64,000 nucleotides of DNA from NCBI GenBank assembly GCA_963715985.1, contig CAVQSP010000014.1, forward strand, positions 256,001 to 320,000, given 5' to 3'. The DNA comes from an uncultured Thermoleophilia bacterium (GTDB taxonomy: Bacteria; Actinomycetota; Thermoleophilia; UBA2241). The translations under genes were made by a program, and so were the position numbers. This document shows positions 34,917 through 44,541 of the stretch, piece after piece (position 1 is the first letter of the stretch; each line of letters opens with the position of its first letter). The notes below the pieces were generated by a model. The model was not told the DNA's origin, did not search any database, and saw only the letters and a list, made by a program, of their open reading frames with translations.

Positions 34917-35341
34917 GCCGCGCCCCGAACGACGCCGATCTCGCCCTGTTCGCGGAGGCCGAGGCGCTCGCGTCCCGGGCCTACGCGCCCTACTCGGGGT
35001 TCACCGTGGGCGCCGTGGTGGTGGACGCCTGCGGGCGCTGCCACCCCGGCGTGAACGTGGAGAACGCCTCCTACCCCGTCGGGCTCTGCGCCGAGCGCGC
35101 GGCGCTCGGCGCACTGGTCACGGCCGGCGAGCGCCGCGTGGGCGCCGTCGCCGTCTCCGCCGGTCCCGGCCGCGACTGCCTGCCGTGCGGCATGTGCCTG
35201 CAGGCGCTGGCCGAGTTCGGAGATCCGGAGATCGTGGCGCGGGCCGGGGGCGAGGTACGCGTGTTCCGTCTGCAGGAGTTGCTCGCGGCGCCGTTCGCCG
35301 CGGCCGGCGGCACCTGGCCGGGCGCGGAGGGCGGCCGGTGA
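34913..35341 (+). CDS. cdd: Cytidine deaminase
   Basis: AYAPYSGF.VGA, NVENASY, CAERAA, PCGMCLQ. Confidence 0.95.
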   Translation: MSRAPNDADLALFAEAEALASRAYAPYSGFTVGAVVVDACGRCHPGVNVENASYPVGLCAERAALGALVTAGERRVGAVAVSAGPGRDCLPCGMCLQALAEFGDPEIVARAGGEVRVFRLQELLAAPFAAAGGTWPGAEGGR

Positions 35342-36225
35342 GCGGCGACTTCCACTCCGGGTTCGTCGCCGTGTTCGGCCGCCCCAACGTGGGCAAGTCC
35401 ACGCTGGTGAACGCCCTCGTGGGACGCAAGGTCAGCATCGTCAGCGACCACCCGCAGACCACGCGCCGGCGCATCACCGGCGTGGCCAATCTCGAGGGCT
35501 GCCAGCTGGTGCTGCTGGACCTGCCCGGCTTCCAGAAGCCGTTCGACTCGCTCACGCGCCGCATGCAGACCGCGGTGGACGACGCGCTCTCCGAGGTGGA
35601 TGCGGCCCTCGTGCTCCTCAACGCCGACGAGGCCTTCGGAGCCGGCGACCGGTTCGTGGTACGCGCGGTCGCCGGCGCCGCTCTGCCGGCCTTCGTGGCC
35701 CTCAACAAGATCGACCTCGTGGACGGTCCGCGTCTGGGGACGCGGCTGGAGGAGGCGCGCACCCTCGCCGGCGACCGCGAGGTGCTGCCGGTGTCGGCTC
35801 TGCGCGGTGATGGGCTCGCCGAGCTCCTCGCCCTGCTCGCCGCCGCCATGCCGCCGGGCCCCGTGTACTTCCCCGCCGGCGAGCACAGCGACCAGCCGCT
35901 CGAGCTGCTCATCGCCGAGCTGGTCCGCGAGCAGGCCCTGCGCCGCACCCGCGACGAGGTCCCGCACGCCGTGGCCGTGGAGGTCACGGGCATCGTGGAA
36001 CGCACCGACCGGCCGCTGGTGGAGATCGAGGCCATCCTCATCGTGGAGACCGAATCGCAGAAGGCGATCGTGGTCGGCAAGGGGGGCCGTGTGGTCAAGG
36101 CCATCGGCAGCTCGGCCCGCCACGAGATCGAGTCCATCCTCGGCGTGCAGGTGTTCCTCGACCTGCGCGTCAAGGTACGCAAGCGCTGGCGCCGCGACGA
36201 CCGCTACATCGAGCGGCTCCTCTGA
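35338..36225 (+). CDS. era: GTPase Era
   Basis: GRPNVGKSTL, PQTTR, DLPG, NKID, KH domain VVGKGG. Confidence 0.96.
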   Translation: MSGDFHSGFVAVFGRPNVGKSTLVNALVGRKVSIVSDHPQTTRRRITGVANLEGCQLVLLDLPGFQKPFDSLTRRMQTAVDDALSEVDAALVLLNADEAFGAGDRFVVRAVAGAALPAFVALNKIDLVDGPRLGTRLEEARTLAGDREVLPVSALRGDGLAELLALLAAAMPPGPVYFPAGEHSDQPLELLIAELVREQALRRTRDEVPHAVAVEVTGIVERTDRPLVEIEAILIVETESQKAIVVGKGGRVVKAIGSSARHEIESILGVQVFLDLRVKVRKRWRRDDRYIERLL

Positions 36226-36301
36226 CGGGGCCCTCCCGGCCCGTTTGCTATACTCGAGGCACGTTCAGCCCCGTCTGTCGTCTCCCGGAAGGACCTGCGG
36301 C

Positions 36302-36988
36302 GTGCACGCCGAGGAGCTCGCCAAGACCATCGACCACACGCTGCTCAAGGCCGACACCACCAATCCCGACGTGGAGAGGCTCTGCCGCGAGGCGGCCAGG
36401 TATCACTTCGCGGCTGTCTGCGTGTTCCCGCACTTCGTGCCGCTGGCCTCCGAGCTCCTCCGCACGGCGGACGTCAAGGTGTGCTCGGTGATCTCGTTCC
36501 CCTACGGCGCGGACTCGCTGCGCGCCAAGGTCGTCGGCGCCGAGGAGGCCGTCGCGCAGGGCGCCGACGAGATCGACGTGGTCATCAACATCCCCGCCTT
36601 CCTCTCCGGCGACTTCGGGCACGTGCGCAACGAGCTGGCCAGTGTGGTGCGCACCGTGCGCATGAAGGCGATGAACTCCGGGCGCGGGCAGGTGGTGGTC
36701 AAGGCCATCGTCGAGACCTGCTACCTCACCATCAAGATGAAGCGCATGGCCTGCAGGATCTGCGAGCAAGCCGGCGTGGACTTCGTCAAGACCTCCACCG
36801 GCTGCGGGCCCAAGGGCGCCACGGTGCAGGACGTGGAGATCCTCCGCGACTGCCTGGACGAGCACATCGGCGTCAAGGCGTCGGGCGGCATCCGCACCCT
36901 GCGCGACGTGGAGCTCATGGTCAACGCAGGGGCCGTGCGTATCGGTACGAGCGCCGGCGTGGCCATCATGAAGGAGTTCGCCGGCTGA
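36302..36988 (+). CDS. deoC: Deoxyribose-phosphate aldolase
   Basis: [40 protein letters not shown]. Confidence 0.96.
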   Translation: MHAEELAKTIDHTLLKADTTNPDVERLCREAARYHFAAVCVFPHFVPLASELLRTADVKVCSVISFPYGADSLRAKVVGAEEAVAQGADEIDVVINIPAFLSGDFGHVRNELASVVRTVRMKAMNSGRGQVVVKAIVETCYLTIKMKRMACRICEQAGVDFVKTSTGCGPKGATVQDVEILRDCLDEHIGVKASGGIRTLRDVELMVNAGAVRIGTSAGVAIMKEFAG

Positions 36989-37026
36989 CGGCCGTCCCGC
37001 CGGCTGCCCCCGAAAGGACGGTCGTC

Positions 37027-37392
37027 ATCGATCCCCAGGCCTTCCTCGACCTCGTACGCTTCGACGCCGCCGGTCTGGCGCCGTGCATCGTGCAGGATGC
37101 GGCGACCGGCGAGGTGCTCATGGTCGCGTACGCCGACGCGCAGGCCCTGACCGCCACGCTGGCCACCGGCGAGGCGCACTTCTGGAGCCGCAGCCGTCGC
37201 GAGCTGTGGCACAAAGGCGGCACGAGCGGCAACGTGCAGCGCGTGCTCACGGCGAGTCTGGACTGCGACCATGACGCGGTGCTGCTGAGAGTGGAACCGG
37301 CCGGACCCGCCTGCCACACCGGCGCCGTGAGCTGCTTCCGCGCGGAGGCGAGCGGGGGCGCGGTGCTCGAGGTGCGTCCGGAGCGCCCGTGA
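37027..37392 (+). CDS. hisI: Phosphoribosyl-AMP cyclohydrolase (start codon uncertain)
   Basis: VQDA.TGEVLM, FWSRSR.ELW.KG.TSGN, DCDHD, ACHTG..SCF. Confidence 0.92.
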   Translation: MDPQAFLDLVRFDAAGLAPCIVQDAATGEVLMVAYADAQALTATLATGEAHFWSRSRRELWHKGGTSGNVQRVLTASLDCDHDAVLLRVEPAGPACHTGAVSCFRAEASGGAVLEVRPERP

Positions 37393-39177
37393 GCTCGGCG
37401 TCCGGCGGCGCCGCCTTCGCGGCGGCGCCGGAGGCGGCCGCAGACGCGTCGTCCGGGGGCGCCCCATCGCACGGCGCGGACCCGTCGCACGGCAGCGCGG
37501 CGCCGCACGACCCCGCCCCGCCCCGCCGGCGCTCCGCCTCCGGGGGCGTCGTGATCGCCCTGCTCGCCGCCATCCTCGTGCTCGCCGCCGTGCTGCGGCT
37601 CAAGGGCATCGGCTGGGGCCTGCCGCTGAGCCTCGATCAACGTCGACGAGAGCACGGTCGTCCCCAAGGCGTTCGGGGCTGCCCGCGGGGGCCTGAACCC
37701 GCAGTTCTTCTACTACCCGTCGCTCTTCTTCTACCTTGTCGGCGGGGTGTACCTGCTGGCGGCGCCGGTGCTGTGGGCGTTCAAGGGTGCGAACCCACTG
37801 GCCGTGGCCTCGTTCGTCGTGGACCCGACGCCGTACTTCCTGCTCGGCCGTCTCGTCTCGGCGGCGGCCGGCGTCGCCTCCGTGTACCTGCTGTACCGTC
37901 TCGGCCGGGAGGCCTTCGGCCGCCCGGCCGGTCTCGTCGCGGCGCTCTTCCTGGCGGTGGCGCCGCTCCACGTCGCCTACTCGCACATGGCCGTCACCGA
38001 CGTCACCGCCACGGCGCTCTCGCTGCTCGCGCTCCTCCTGCTGCTCCGTGCGGCGCGGGGCGCCGGCGTCCGCTGGCTGCTCGCCGGCGCGCTCGTGGCC
38101 GGCCTCGCCACGTCCACCAAGTACAACCTCGGCCTGCTGGTGCTCCCGGCGACGGTGGCGGGCGTGTACGCCGGCAGGGCCGCGGCCCGCGCCGCGGCGG
38201 CGGGGACCGCCGCGCAGGTGGCCGGCGGAGCGGCCGGCGCCGCCGCCCGCGTGTGGGCGTGGGCGCGTCTGCTGGGCCTGCGCGTCTACCTGCCCATGCT
38301 CGCCGCCTTCCTCGTAGGGTCGCCGTTCATCGTCCTCGACCCCGGCCACTTCCTGCACGACTTCCTGCGCCAGAACCGCATCATGGCGCGCGGGTGGCTG
38401 GGCTTCGAGCACACCGGCAACGGCCTCTGGTACAACCTGCACGTCAACCTCCAGGGGACGCTGGGCGTGGTGCTGCTCGTCCTTGGGCTCGCGGGGCTCG
38501 CGTGGGCGCTGTGGCGCCACACGCGACTCGACCTGCTGCTGGCGCCCTACGCGATCGTCTACGTGGCCTACATCAGCACGTGGAAGGAGCTTGCCGACCG
38601 CTACCTGCTGCCCGTGGTGCCGCTGCTGATCCTGCTCGCGGTGCGGCTGTGCCTCGAGCTTGCCGGCGCCCGCCCCTCGTGGCGCAAGGTCGCCGTGCCC
38701 GTCGTGGCGGTGCTTCTCGCCGTCGCCGTGGTGGCGCCGCTGACCGCGTCTCTCGACGTCGACCGGGCCCTCGCGGGCACCGACACGCGGGCGCGGGCCA
38801 AGGCGTGGATCGAGGGCAACGTGCCGGCCGGGAGCGTCGTGGCGCTGGAGACCAGCGGCCCGCAGCTCGTGCGTGGGAGGGACGTGAAGTACTACGAGGC
38901 GGCAGGCCGTGACGCGACCGCCTATCGGGTGATCCGCCTGCGCCTGCCGGCGCCCGACATCGCCAACAGGAGCCACGACCTCGCGTGGCTGCGCGAACGC
39001 GACGTGGACTACGTGGTCGTGAGCTCCAAGGTGTACGACCGCGTTCTGGCGGCGGCGGAGCACTACCCGGGGGTCGCCGCCTTCTACCGCGAGCTGGACG
39101 AGCAGGCGACGCTGGTGAAGACGTTCTCGCCGGGGCCGGGCGAGCAGGGTCCTACGCTCAAGCTGTACAGGCTCTGA
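37389..39177 (+). CDS. GT-C fold glycosyltransferase, PMT/ArnT-like (frameshift near 37635)
   Basis: NVDE after the first [38 protein letters not shown]; many TM segments. Confidence 0.85.
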
Positions 39178-39252
39178 GCCCGGCCTCTCCGGCCTGCGGC
39201 GTGCGCCCCGCAGCTCGGCGCCGTGCGCAGCTGGGCCGCCTGTCCCTCCGCC

Positions 39253-40359
39253 TCACGTCTGCGCCGGGTGCGGGCGCTCCATCTCGCACGCCTCCGCCGC
39301 CGCCTCCTCGATCTCGCCCTCGGCGATGGGCCTGCGGCCCGGGCGCACCACGAAGTAGGCGATGAAGCCCGGCGGGATGGGCAGCCAGAAGTTGATCAAG
39401 CGGTAGACGAGCACCACGGCAACGGCTGTGGCGGAGGGCACGCCGAAGCTCACGTACAGGGCGATCATGATGCCTTCGACTGCCCCCAGACCCCCCGGAG
39501 TGGGGGCGAGCGTGCCGATGGCGTAGGCCACTACGTAGCCGACGGCGAGGTAGCCGAAGCCGATGTGGTAGTCGAAGGCCCAGAAGGTCACGTACAGGCA
39601 CAACAGGTCGAAGGCCCAGAAGGCGCAGGCCAGGGCCGTGGTGGTGCGGAAGGCGCCGCGGTGCGACGTCATGCGGCGCATACCGGCGAAGAGGTTGTCC
39701 AGCCAGCCGTCGATGTGGTCCTCCTGGATCACCTTCCGGCGCCAGATCCGGTTGACGATGTGCGCCACCTGCTGCGCCCGGCGGCGCATCCGCGCACGGT
39801 GGTTGTAGAGGTACACGCCGTAGCTGGTGAGCCAGAGGATGAAGCCGATGAGCACGATCCCGACCACGTACCCCGCTATGGACTCGCCGCGGGCGATCAC
39901 CAGCCAGAGGAGCGCCAGCGCGAACACGAACCACAGCACGATGTAGTTGAAGAACTGCTGCGCCGCGATGGCCACGAAGATCAGGCCGTGAGGCACGCGG
40001 TGCTTGCGCAGGGCGTTGTAGGTGACGACCCAGCCGCCGACGCCGCCGGCGGAGAGGATGTGGCTCACGGCGAGGCCGCTCAGGGTGATGGCCAGCACCT
40101 CGCGAAGGCGCAGGTGGATGTCCAGCACCTTGAGGATGTAGCGGGTCAGGTTCGCGTAGCCGAGCAGCGCCATGACCTCGAGGGCGATGGCGGCGGCCAG
40201 CAGCACCCAGCTCGCCCTGGTGAGCAGCGCGACCGTCTGCTCCGTGTCCACCAGCTTCGGGAGCAGCAGGTAGAGCACGAGGACGATGACGGCGAAGACG
40301 ATGATGTGGCGGATGGTCTTCTTGATGGGTGGCCTCCCCCGGCCGCGGGCGTCCGCCAA
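39253..40359 (-). CDS. UPF0104 / lysylphosphatidylglycerol-synthase TM-domain flippase-like protein (paralog 1)
   Basis: SAGGVGG, PTPGGLGAVEG, VLVYRLINFWLP. Confidence 0.88.
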   Translation of the reverse strand: MADARGRGRPPIKKTIRHIIVFAVIVLVLYLLLPKLVDTEQTVALLTRASWVLLAAAIALEVMALLGYANLTRYILKVLDIHLRLREVLAITLSGLAVSHILSAGGVGGWVVTYNALRKHRVPHGLIFVAIAAQQFFNYIVLWFVFALALLWLVIARGESIAGYVVGIVLIGFILWLTSYGVYLYNHRARMRRRAQQVAHIVNRIWRRKVIQEDHIDGWLDNLFAGMRRMTSHRGAFRTTTALACAFWAFDLLCLYVTFWAFDYHIGFGYLAVGYVVAYAIGTLAPTPGGLGAVEGIMIALYVSFGVPSATAVAVVLVYRLINFWLPIPPGFIAYFVVRPGRRPIAEGEIEEAAAEACEMERPHPAQT

Positions 40360-40416
40360 GGGGAAGACAGTACCATACGGGCCGCGGGGGAAGGGTGGCG
40401 CGCGGCCCCAGGGGGC

Positions 40417-41446
40417 TCAGGTCTGGCTGGCCTGGCGCAGGCTCGCGTAGGTGGCGAGTCCCGCCGGGATGGGCAGCCAGAAGTTGATGAGGCGGTACAC
40501 GAGCACCACGGCTACGGCGGCGCTGGAGCCCGTGCCGAAGCCGGCCAGCAGCGCGATCATCACCGCCTCCACGGCGCCGAGCCCACCCGGCGTGGGGGAG
40601 AAGGTGCCCACCACGTTGGCCACGCCGTAGGCGATGAGCACGTAGTACACGGGCACCCACTGGTGAAAGGCGAGCATGACGGCCAGCAGGCAGAGGATGT
40701 CGAAGCCCCAGTAGCCGGCTGAATGGCCCACCGTGCGCAGGTGCCCGCGCCCGTCGTGGCGCAGCCGCCGCCAGCCGTCCACCACGCCGTCCAGCCACTC
40801 GTCGAGCTGCTGGTAGGGGACGCGCAGCCGGCTCCAGCGCCGGCCCAGCCAGTCCACCACCTGGCGGCCCCGACGCCGCAGCGCGGTGGGGTGGTTCAGC
40901 AGCCAGAAGCCGTACACGCTGAGCGCCAGCAGGAGCGTGACCAGAGCCGCGGCGACGGCCATCGCCAGGTCGTTGGCCTCGCCGCGCAGCACCAGGGCGA
41001 GAAGGCCGATACCGAAGAGGAGGAAGAGGACGCTGTACGCGAAGGCGTTCTGGAAGATCACGGCGATGAGTACGAGAGAGTGCGGCATGCCGCGCTTCTG
41101 CAGCACGCGGTAGGTGACGGCGGCGCCGCCCACGCCGCCGGCGGAGAAGAGGTGGGCGGCGGCGAGGCCGGCGAGGTTGATGCGCAGCGCCAGGACCAGC
41201 GTGACGGGGAACTGCAGCAGGCCGAGCAGGCGCCGGAACAGCATGGAGTAGAAGACCAGCGACGACCGTCTCCACGGCCACGGCGAGGACGAGGAAGCCC
41301 CAGCTCGCCTGGCGCACCAGATCCACCGCGTGGGCCTGCCCGGCCAGTCGCGGCAGGATGAGGAAGAGCGCCACCACGATGACGAGGAAGATGATGGCGG
41401 CGCGCAGCGGGTGGCCGCGCCGCGGCGGCGACTCGTCGGGCGGCAT
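40417..41446 (-). CDS. UPF0104 flippase-like protein (paralog 2; frameshift near 41265)
   Basis: SAGGVGG, PTPGGLGAVEA, VLVYRLINFWLP; N-terminus in another frame. Confidence 0.85.
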
Positions 41447-41450
41447 GGAG

Positions 41451-41873
41451 TCAGCGGCGGGCGTCGCGCCCGCCTCTCCGCTGCCGGGTGCGCGAGCCCC
41501 CTCCGAGCACCTCCGACTCTATCTCCTGGCGCCGCACCCAGGCGTAGGCCACGGCCACCGGCACGCCCGTGAACGGGATGGCGCACAGCACGAGCCAGCC
41601 CCAGCGCCCGGCCTTGAACGTCACGTACACGGCGTACACGCAGGTCACCGCCCAACCGGTGAGCAGGACGAGGCCCCACACCGCGGCAACGGGAGCCGGG
41701 ATGAACGTGACGTGGAGGGCCAGGGCGAACGCGCGCAGGAGGAACAGGACGAGGGTGAGGGACGAGACGAGGAAGAGGTTGGCCACCCGGCGCAGTTCAA
41801 GCTGGAGCTCGGGGTCGACGGCGACCCCGGGCCGGTCCCTGTCGAAGCTCATGCGGTCGCGCAGTCGTGTCAT
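41451..41873 (-). CDS. Hypothetical membrane protein
   Basis: Three hydrophobic segments; abuts the flippase gene. Confidence 0.6.
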   Translation of the reverse strand: MTRLRDRMSFDRDRPGVAVDPELQLELRRVANLFLVSSLTLVLFLLRAFALALHVTFIPAPVAAVWGLVLLTGWAVTCVYAVYVTFKAGRWGWLVLCAIPFTGVPVAVAYAWVRRQEIESEVLGGGSRTRQRRGGRDARR

Positions 41874-42210
41874 GCCCGTGCCCTGGCGAGGATGGCGCGA
41901 CAGGCACGCACGGCCCGTTGCGAGGACGCCCACAGTCTCGGCGATGGGCTCGCCGAACACAACCTGGGGCCCAGTGGGGACGGTGACAACGGTCCTTGCG
42001 GCTTGCATCGGCGGGCGGACTTTGGTTGACTGGCGGTCCACCGAACAACTGAGGCGTGCCGCGCGCCCCTCCATGCGTTCGCCCCCTAAATCGCTCGCAC
42101 GTTGCTTGCTGTGCGTGTGGAGAGACGTCTCTGCGGTCACGCGGAAAGCCCCGCCGGCGCCCTGCCCCCGCTCTGCCGCGCCCTAAGGGAAACCACGTCG
42201 AAAGGACACC

Positions 42211-42876
42211 GTGACCCGACGGACCAGCCGGATCGCGATGCTCGCATCGTTGCTCGTCGCTTTCACACTGTTTGCCGGTCTGCTCGTCTCCGACGCCGGC
42301 GCCACCACCTCGCTGCGCGGAAGGCTGCACATCGCCCAGCGAGAGCTCGACCGGGCCAACAAGCGACTCGAAGCCGCAAAGGCGGCCCTCGCGGCGGCTC
42401 AGGCGGCCGACGAATCGGCCGCCCCCGCGCCCTCCGGCGCCGCCAACGCCGCGCCCTCCCCCGATGTGGCCGATCTCCAGGCTGCGGTCGACGAGGCTCG
42501 GGACACCGTGCGCACCTGGAGCAGGAAGGTCGACCGCCTGGCCGCGGCCGTCAAGCAGGAAGAAGACATCGACGCCTGGGAGAAGAAGGGCGAGTGGATG
42601 CCCATCATCAGGATCGCGGCCGACAAATACGACGTCAGGGCCGACGGCATCTACCGCATGATGATGCGCGAGTCGGGCGGCGACCCCCGGGCGGGCGCCA
42701 GCTCCCAGTTCAAGGGCCTGTTCCAGTACTGGACGGGGACCTGGAAGAACGACTGGAACCCATGGCGCGACGAGAACATCTACGACGGCAGCTCGCAGAT
42801 CTTCGCGACGGCCTACGCCATCCACAAGGGTATGGGCCCGCAGATGTGGACGACGACGTTCGCGTCGCAGTATTGA
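42211..42876 (+). CDS. Secreted coiled-coil plus lytic transglycosylase (SLT/Rpf-like) protein
   Basis: Signal peptide, coiled coil, MMRESGG (catalytic Glu) and KGLFQY motifs; AAGGA RBS. Confidence 0.8.
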   Translation: MTRRTSRIAMLASLLVAFTLFAGLLVSDAGATTSLRGRLHIAQRELDRANKRLEAAKAALAAAQAADESAAPAPSGAANAAPSPDVADLQAAVDEARDTVRTWSRKVDRLAAAVKQEEDIDAWEKKGEWMPIIRIAADKYDVRADGIYRMMMRESGGDPRAGASSQFKGLFQYWTGTWKNDWNPWRDENIYDGSSQIFATAYAIHKGMGPQMWTTTFASQY

Positions 42877-42960
42877 CCGCTGCAGATGGGTCAACGCAGG
42901 GTGCACCCAATGCACACCCTGCCCTGACCGCCGCACAGGGCTGACCCGGGCACGCCCGGG

Positions 42961-42999
42961 ACGAGAGGCCGCCGGACCCCGCGTCCGGCGGCCTCTCGT
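42961..42999 (+). terminator. Hairpin after the transglycosylase gene
   Basis: ACGAGAGGCCGCCGGAC-loop-GTCCGGCGGCCTCTCGT. Confidence 0.7.
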
Positions 43000-43142
43000 G
43001 CTTCCGGGGGAGAGCGTCCCCGTCGCCGGCGCGGCTCAGACCGACGGCGCGCCGGGCCAGGCTCCCGCGGAACTCGGACGGGCGCGCCGGCGCCGGCCCA
43101 CTCGCGGCGCCGGTGCGGTACACTTCCCGCACCACACTTCGT

Positions 43143-43229
43143 GCCGGAGTGGCGGAACTGGTAGACGCGCTGGACTCAAAACCCGGTGCCCGAGAGGGCG
43201 TGTGGGTTCAAATCCCACCTTCGGCACCA
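43143..43229 (+). tRNA. tRNA-Leu (CAA)
   Basis: GCCGGAGTGGCGGAACTGGTAGACGCG...CT-CAA-AA, long variable arm, GGTTCAAATCCC, ends ACCA. Confidence 0.95.
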
Positions 43230-43357
43230 ACGTCCCCGACCCGGTCGTGGCCCGCCGCCGGTCGTGGCTTCTGGTAGCATATCCGTTCGGACCGACGTCC
43301 CGCGGCGGGGTACACGTCGCCGCCAGTCCCCGGGTGGCACGGAGAGGAGCTTGGCGC

Positions 43358-44041
43358 ATGACTGTGCGTCTCTTGGGGCTCGACTGCAGCCCTCGCGACA
43401 GAAGCAACAGCGGCATCATGCTCGAGACGGCGTTCGCGGGGCTCGACGAGAAGTACCCCGGCCAGGCCGAGCACGACATCGTCCACCTGCGGGACATCGC
43501 CATCGAGCCCTGCAAGGCGTGCAACGTGTGCGGCAAGACCAAGGATGGGCGCTTCATCCCCTGCGTGCGCGTGGACGACGATGACGTGCAGGCCGTCCTC
43601 GACCAGATGGTGGCCGCCGACGGCATCCTCGTGGCCACGCCCGTCTACTTCGGGCTGCCCACCGACCTGTTCTCGAAGTTCATCATGCGCACGCGGCCGC
43701 TGCGCCATCAGGACTTCAAGCTGGCCAATCGCCCTGTGGGCGTGATGGCCGTGGCCGGGCGCCGCTCCGGCGGCGCCGAGACGGCGATCATCGCCACCTG
43801 GCTGCCGTTCATCCGCAACGGCTGCCTCGTCGTGGGCAACGGCGACGGCACCTGCCAGTTCGGCGCCTACGGCTGGGCCGGTCCCCGCGGCCACATCCTC
43901 AGCGACGAGTGGGGCCTCGAACAGAGCTTCCAGACCGCCGAGCGCGTGTTCACCCTGGCCGGGCTGCTCAAGGCGGGCGCCGAGGCCACGGGCTTCGTGA
44001 ACCCCATGAAGTTCTCGTACAGTGCCGGGACGAGGTCCTGA
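43358..44041 (+). CDS. Iron-sulfur flavoprotein (Isf / NADPH-dependent FMN reductase family)
   Basis: SPR..SNS, CKACNVC-x10-C, ADGILVATPVYFG, RSGGAE; AGGAG RBS. Confidence 0.88.
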   Translation: MTVRLLGLDCSPRDRSNSGIMLETAFAGLDEKYPGQAEHDIVHLRDIAIEPCKACNVCGKTKDGRFIPCVRVDDDDVQAVLDQMVAADGILVATPVYFGLPTDLFSKFIMRTRPLRHQDFKLANRPVGVMAVAGRRSGGAETAIIATWLPFIRNGCLVVGNGDGTCQFGAYGWAGPRGHILSDEWGLEQSFQTAERVFTLAGLLKAGAEATGFVNPMKFSYSAGTRS

Positions 44042-44080
44042 CCGATACCGTCCCTCGACCCGCGAGGAGCCCACGACACC

Positions 44081-44329
44081 ATGACCGACGCCGAGACCAT
44101 CCTTGAGTTCATCCGCGACGAGGCCGACCTGGAAGAAGACGAGGTCGGCCCCGACACCTCGCTGTTCCGCGACCAGCTGCTCGACTCGATGAACCTCACG
44201 GCGCTCATCGCGTTTCTCGAAGAGACCTTCTCCATCAAGGTGAAGCCCATGGACATCGTCTTCGAGAACCTGGACACCGTGAGCCACATGCTGGCCTACG
44301 TCGCGCGCAAGAAGGCGGGCGATGCCTGA
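44081..44329 (+). CDS. Acyl carrier protein (DltC-like)
   Basis: 82 aa acidic protein, LLDSM phosphopantetheine Ser, FLEETFSI, ENLDTV. Confidence 0.93.
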   Translation: MTDAETILEFIRDEADLEEDEVGPDTSLFRDQLLDSMNLTALIAFLEETFSIKVKPMDIVFENLDTVSHMLAYVARKKAGDA

Positions 44330-44522
44330 GGCATCCCCTCAGGGTTCACAGGCCGAGACCTCCCCGGAGCCCGCCGCCGCCGAGACGCCGCGCACGAGCT
44401 GGTTCTTCTACGGCCTCGGGCTGAGCCTGCAGACGCTGCTCTGGTTCCTGCTCTTCCTGGCGATCATCGTCGCCGTGCTCGTCGGCGGCCAGCTCACCGA
44501 GTTCCGCTACGTGGGCTTCTGA
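44322..44522 (+). CDS. DltX-like single-TM peptide with C-terminal Tyr motif
   Basis: One TM helix followed by terminal FRYVGF; start overlaps the ACP stop. Confidence 0.8.
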   Translation: MPEASPQGSQAETSPEPAAAETPRTSWFFYGLGLSLQTLLWFLLFLAIIVAVLVGGQLTEFRYVGF

Positions 44523-44541
44523 CCACCCGCCCTCCCGGCAC

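Noticed and set aside
41990-42210. c-di-AMP (ydaO) riboswitch upstream of the transglycosylase
   Set aside because: Expected from context, but the GCTGAATC / GGGGAACC / CAGCTAAC consensus blocks are absent
42897-42926. Small hairpin GCAGGGTG...CACCCTGC after the transglycosylase gene
   Set aside because: A short stem of the kind expected by chance or as a 3' stabiliser; no family features
43169-43187. A-C mismatch in the tRNA-Leu anticodon stem as a sign of a pseudo-tRNA
   Set aside because: A single mismatch in an otherwise canonical tRNA within an error-prone sequence
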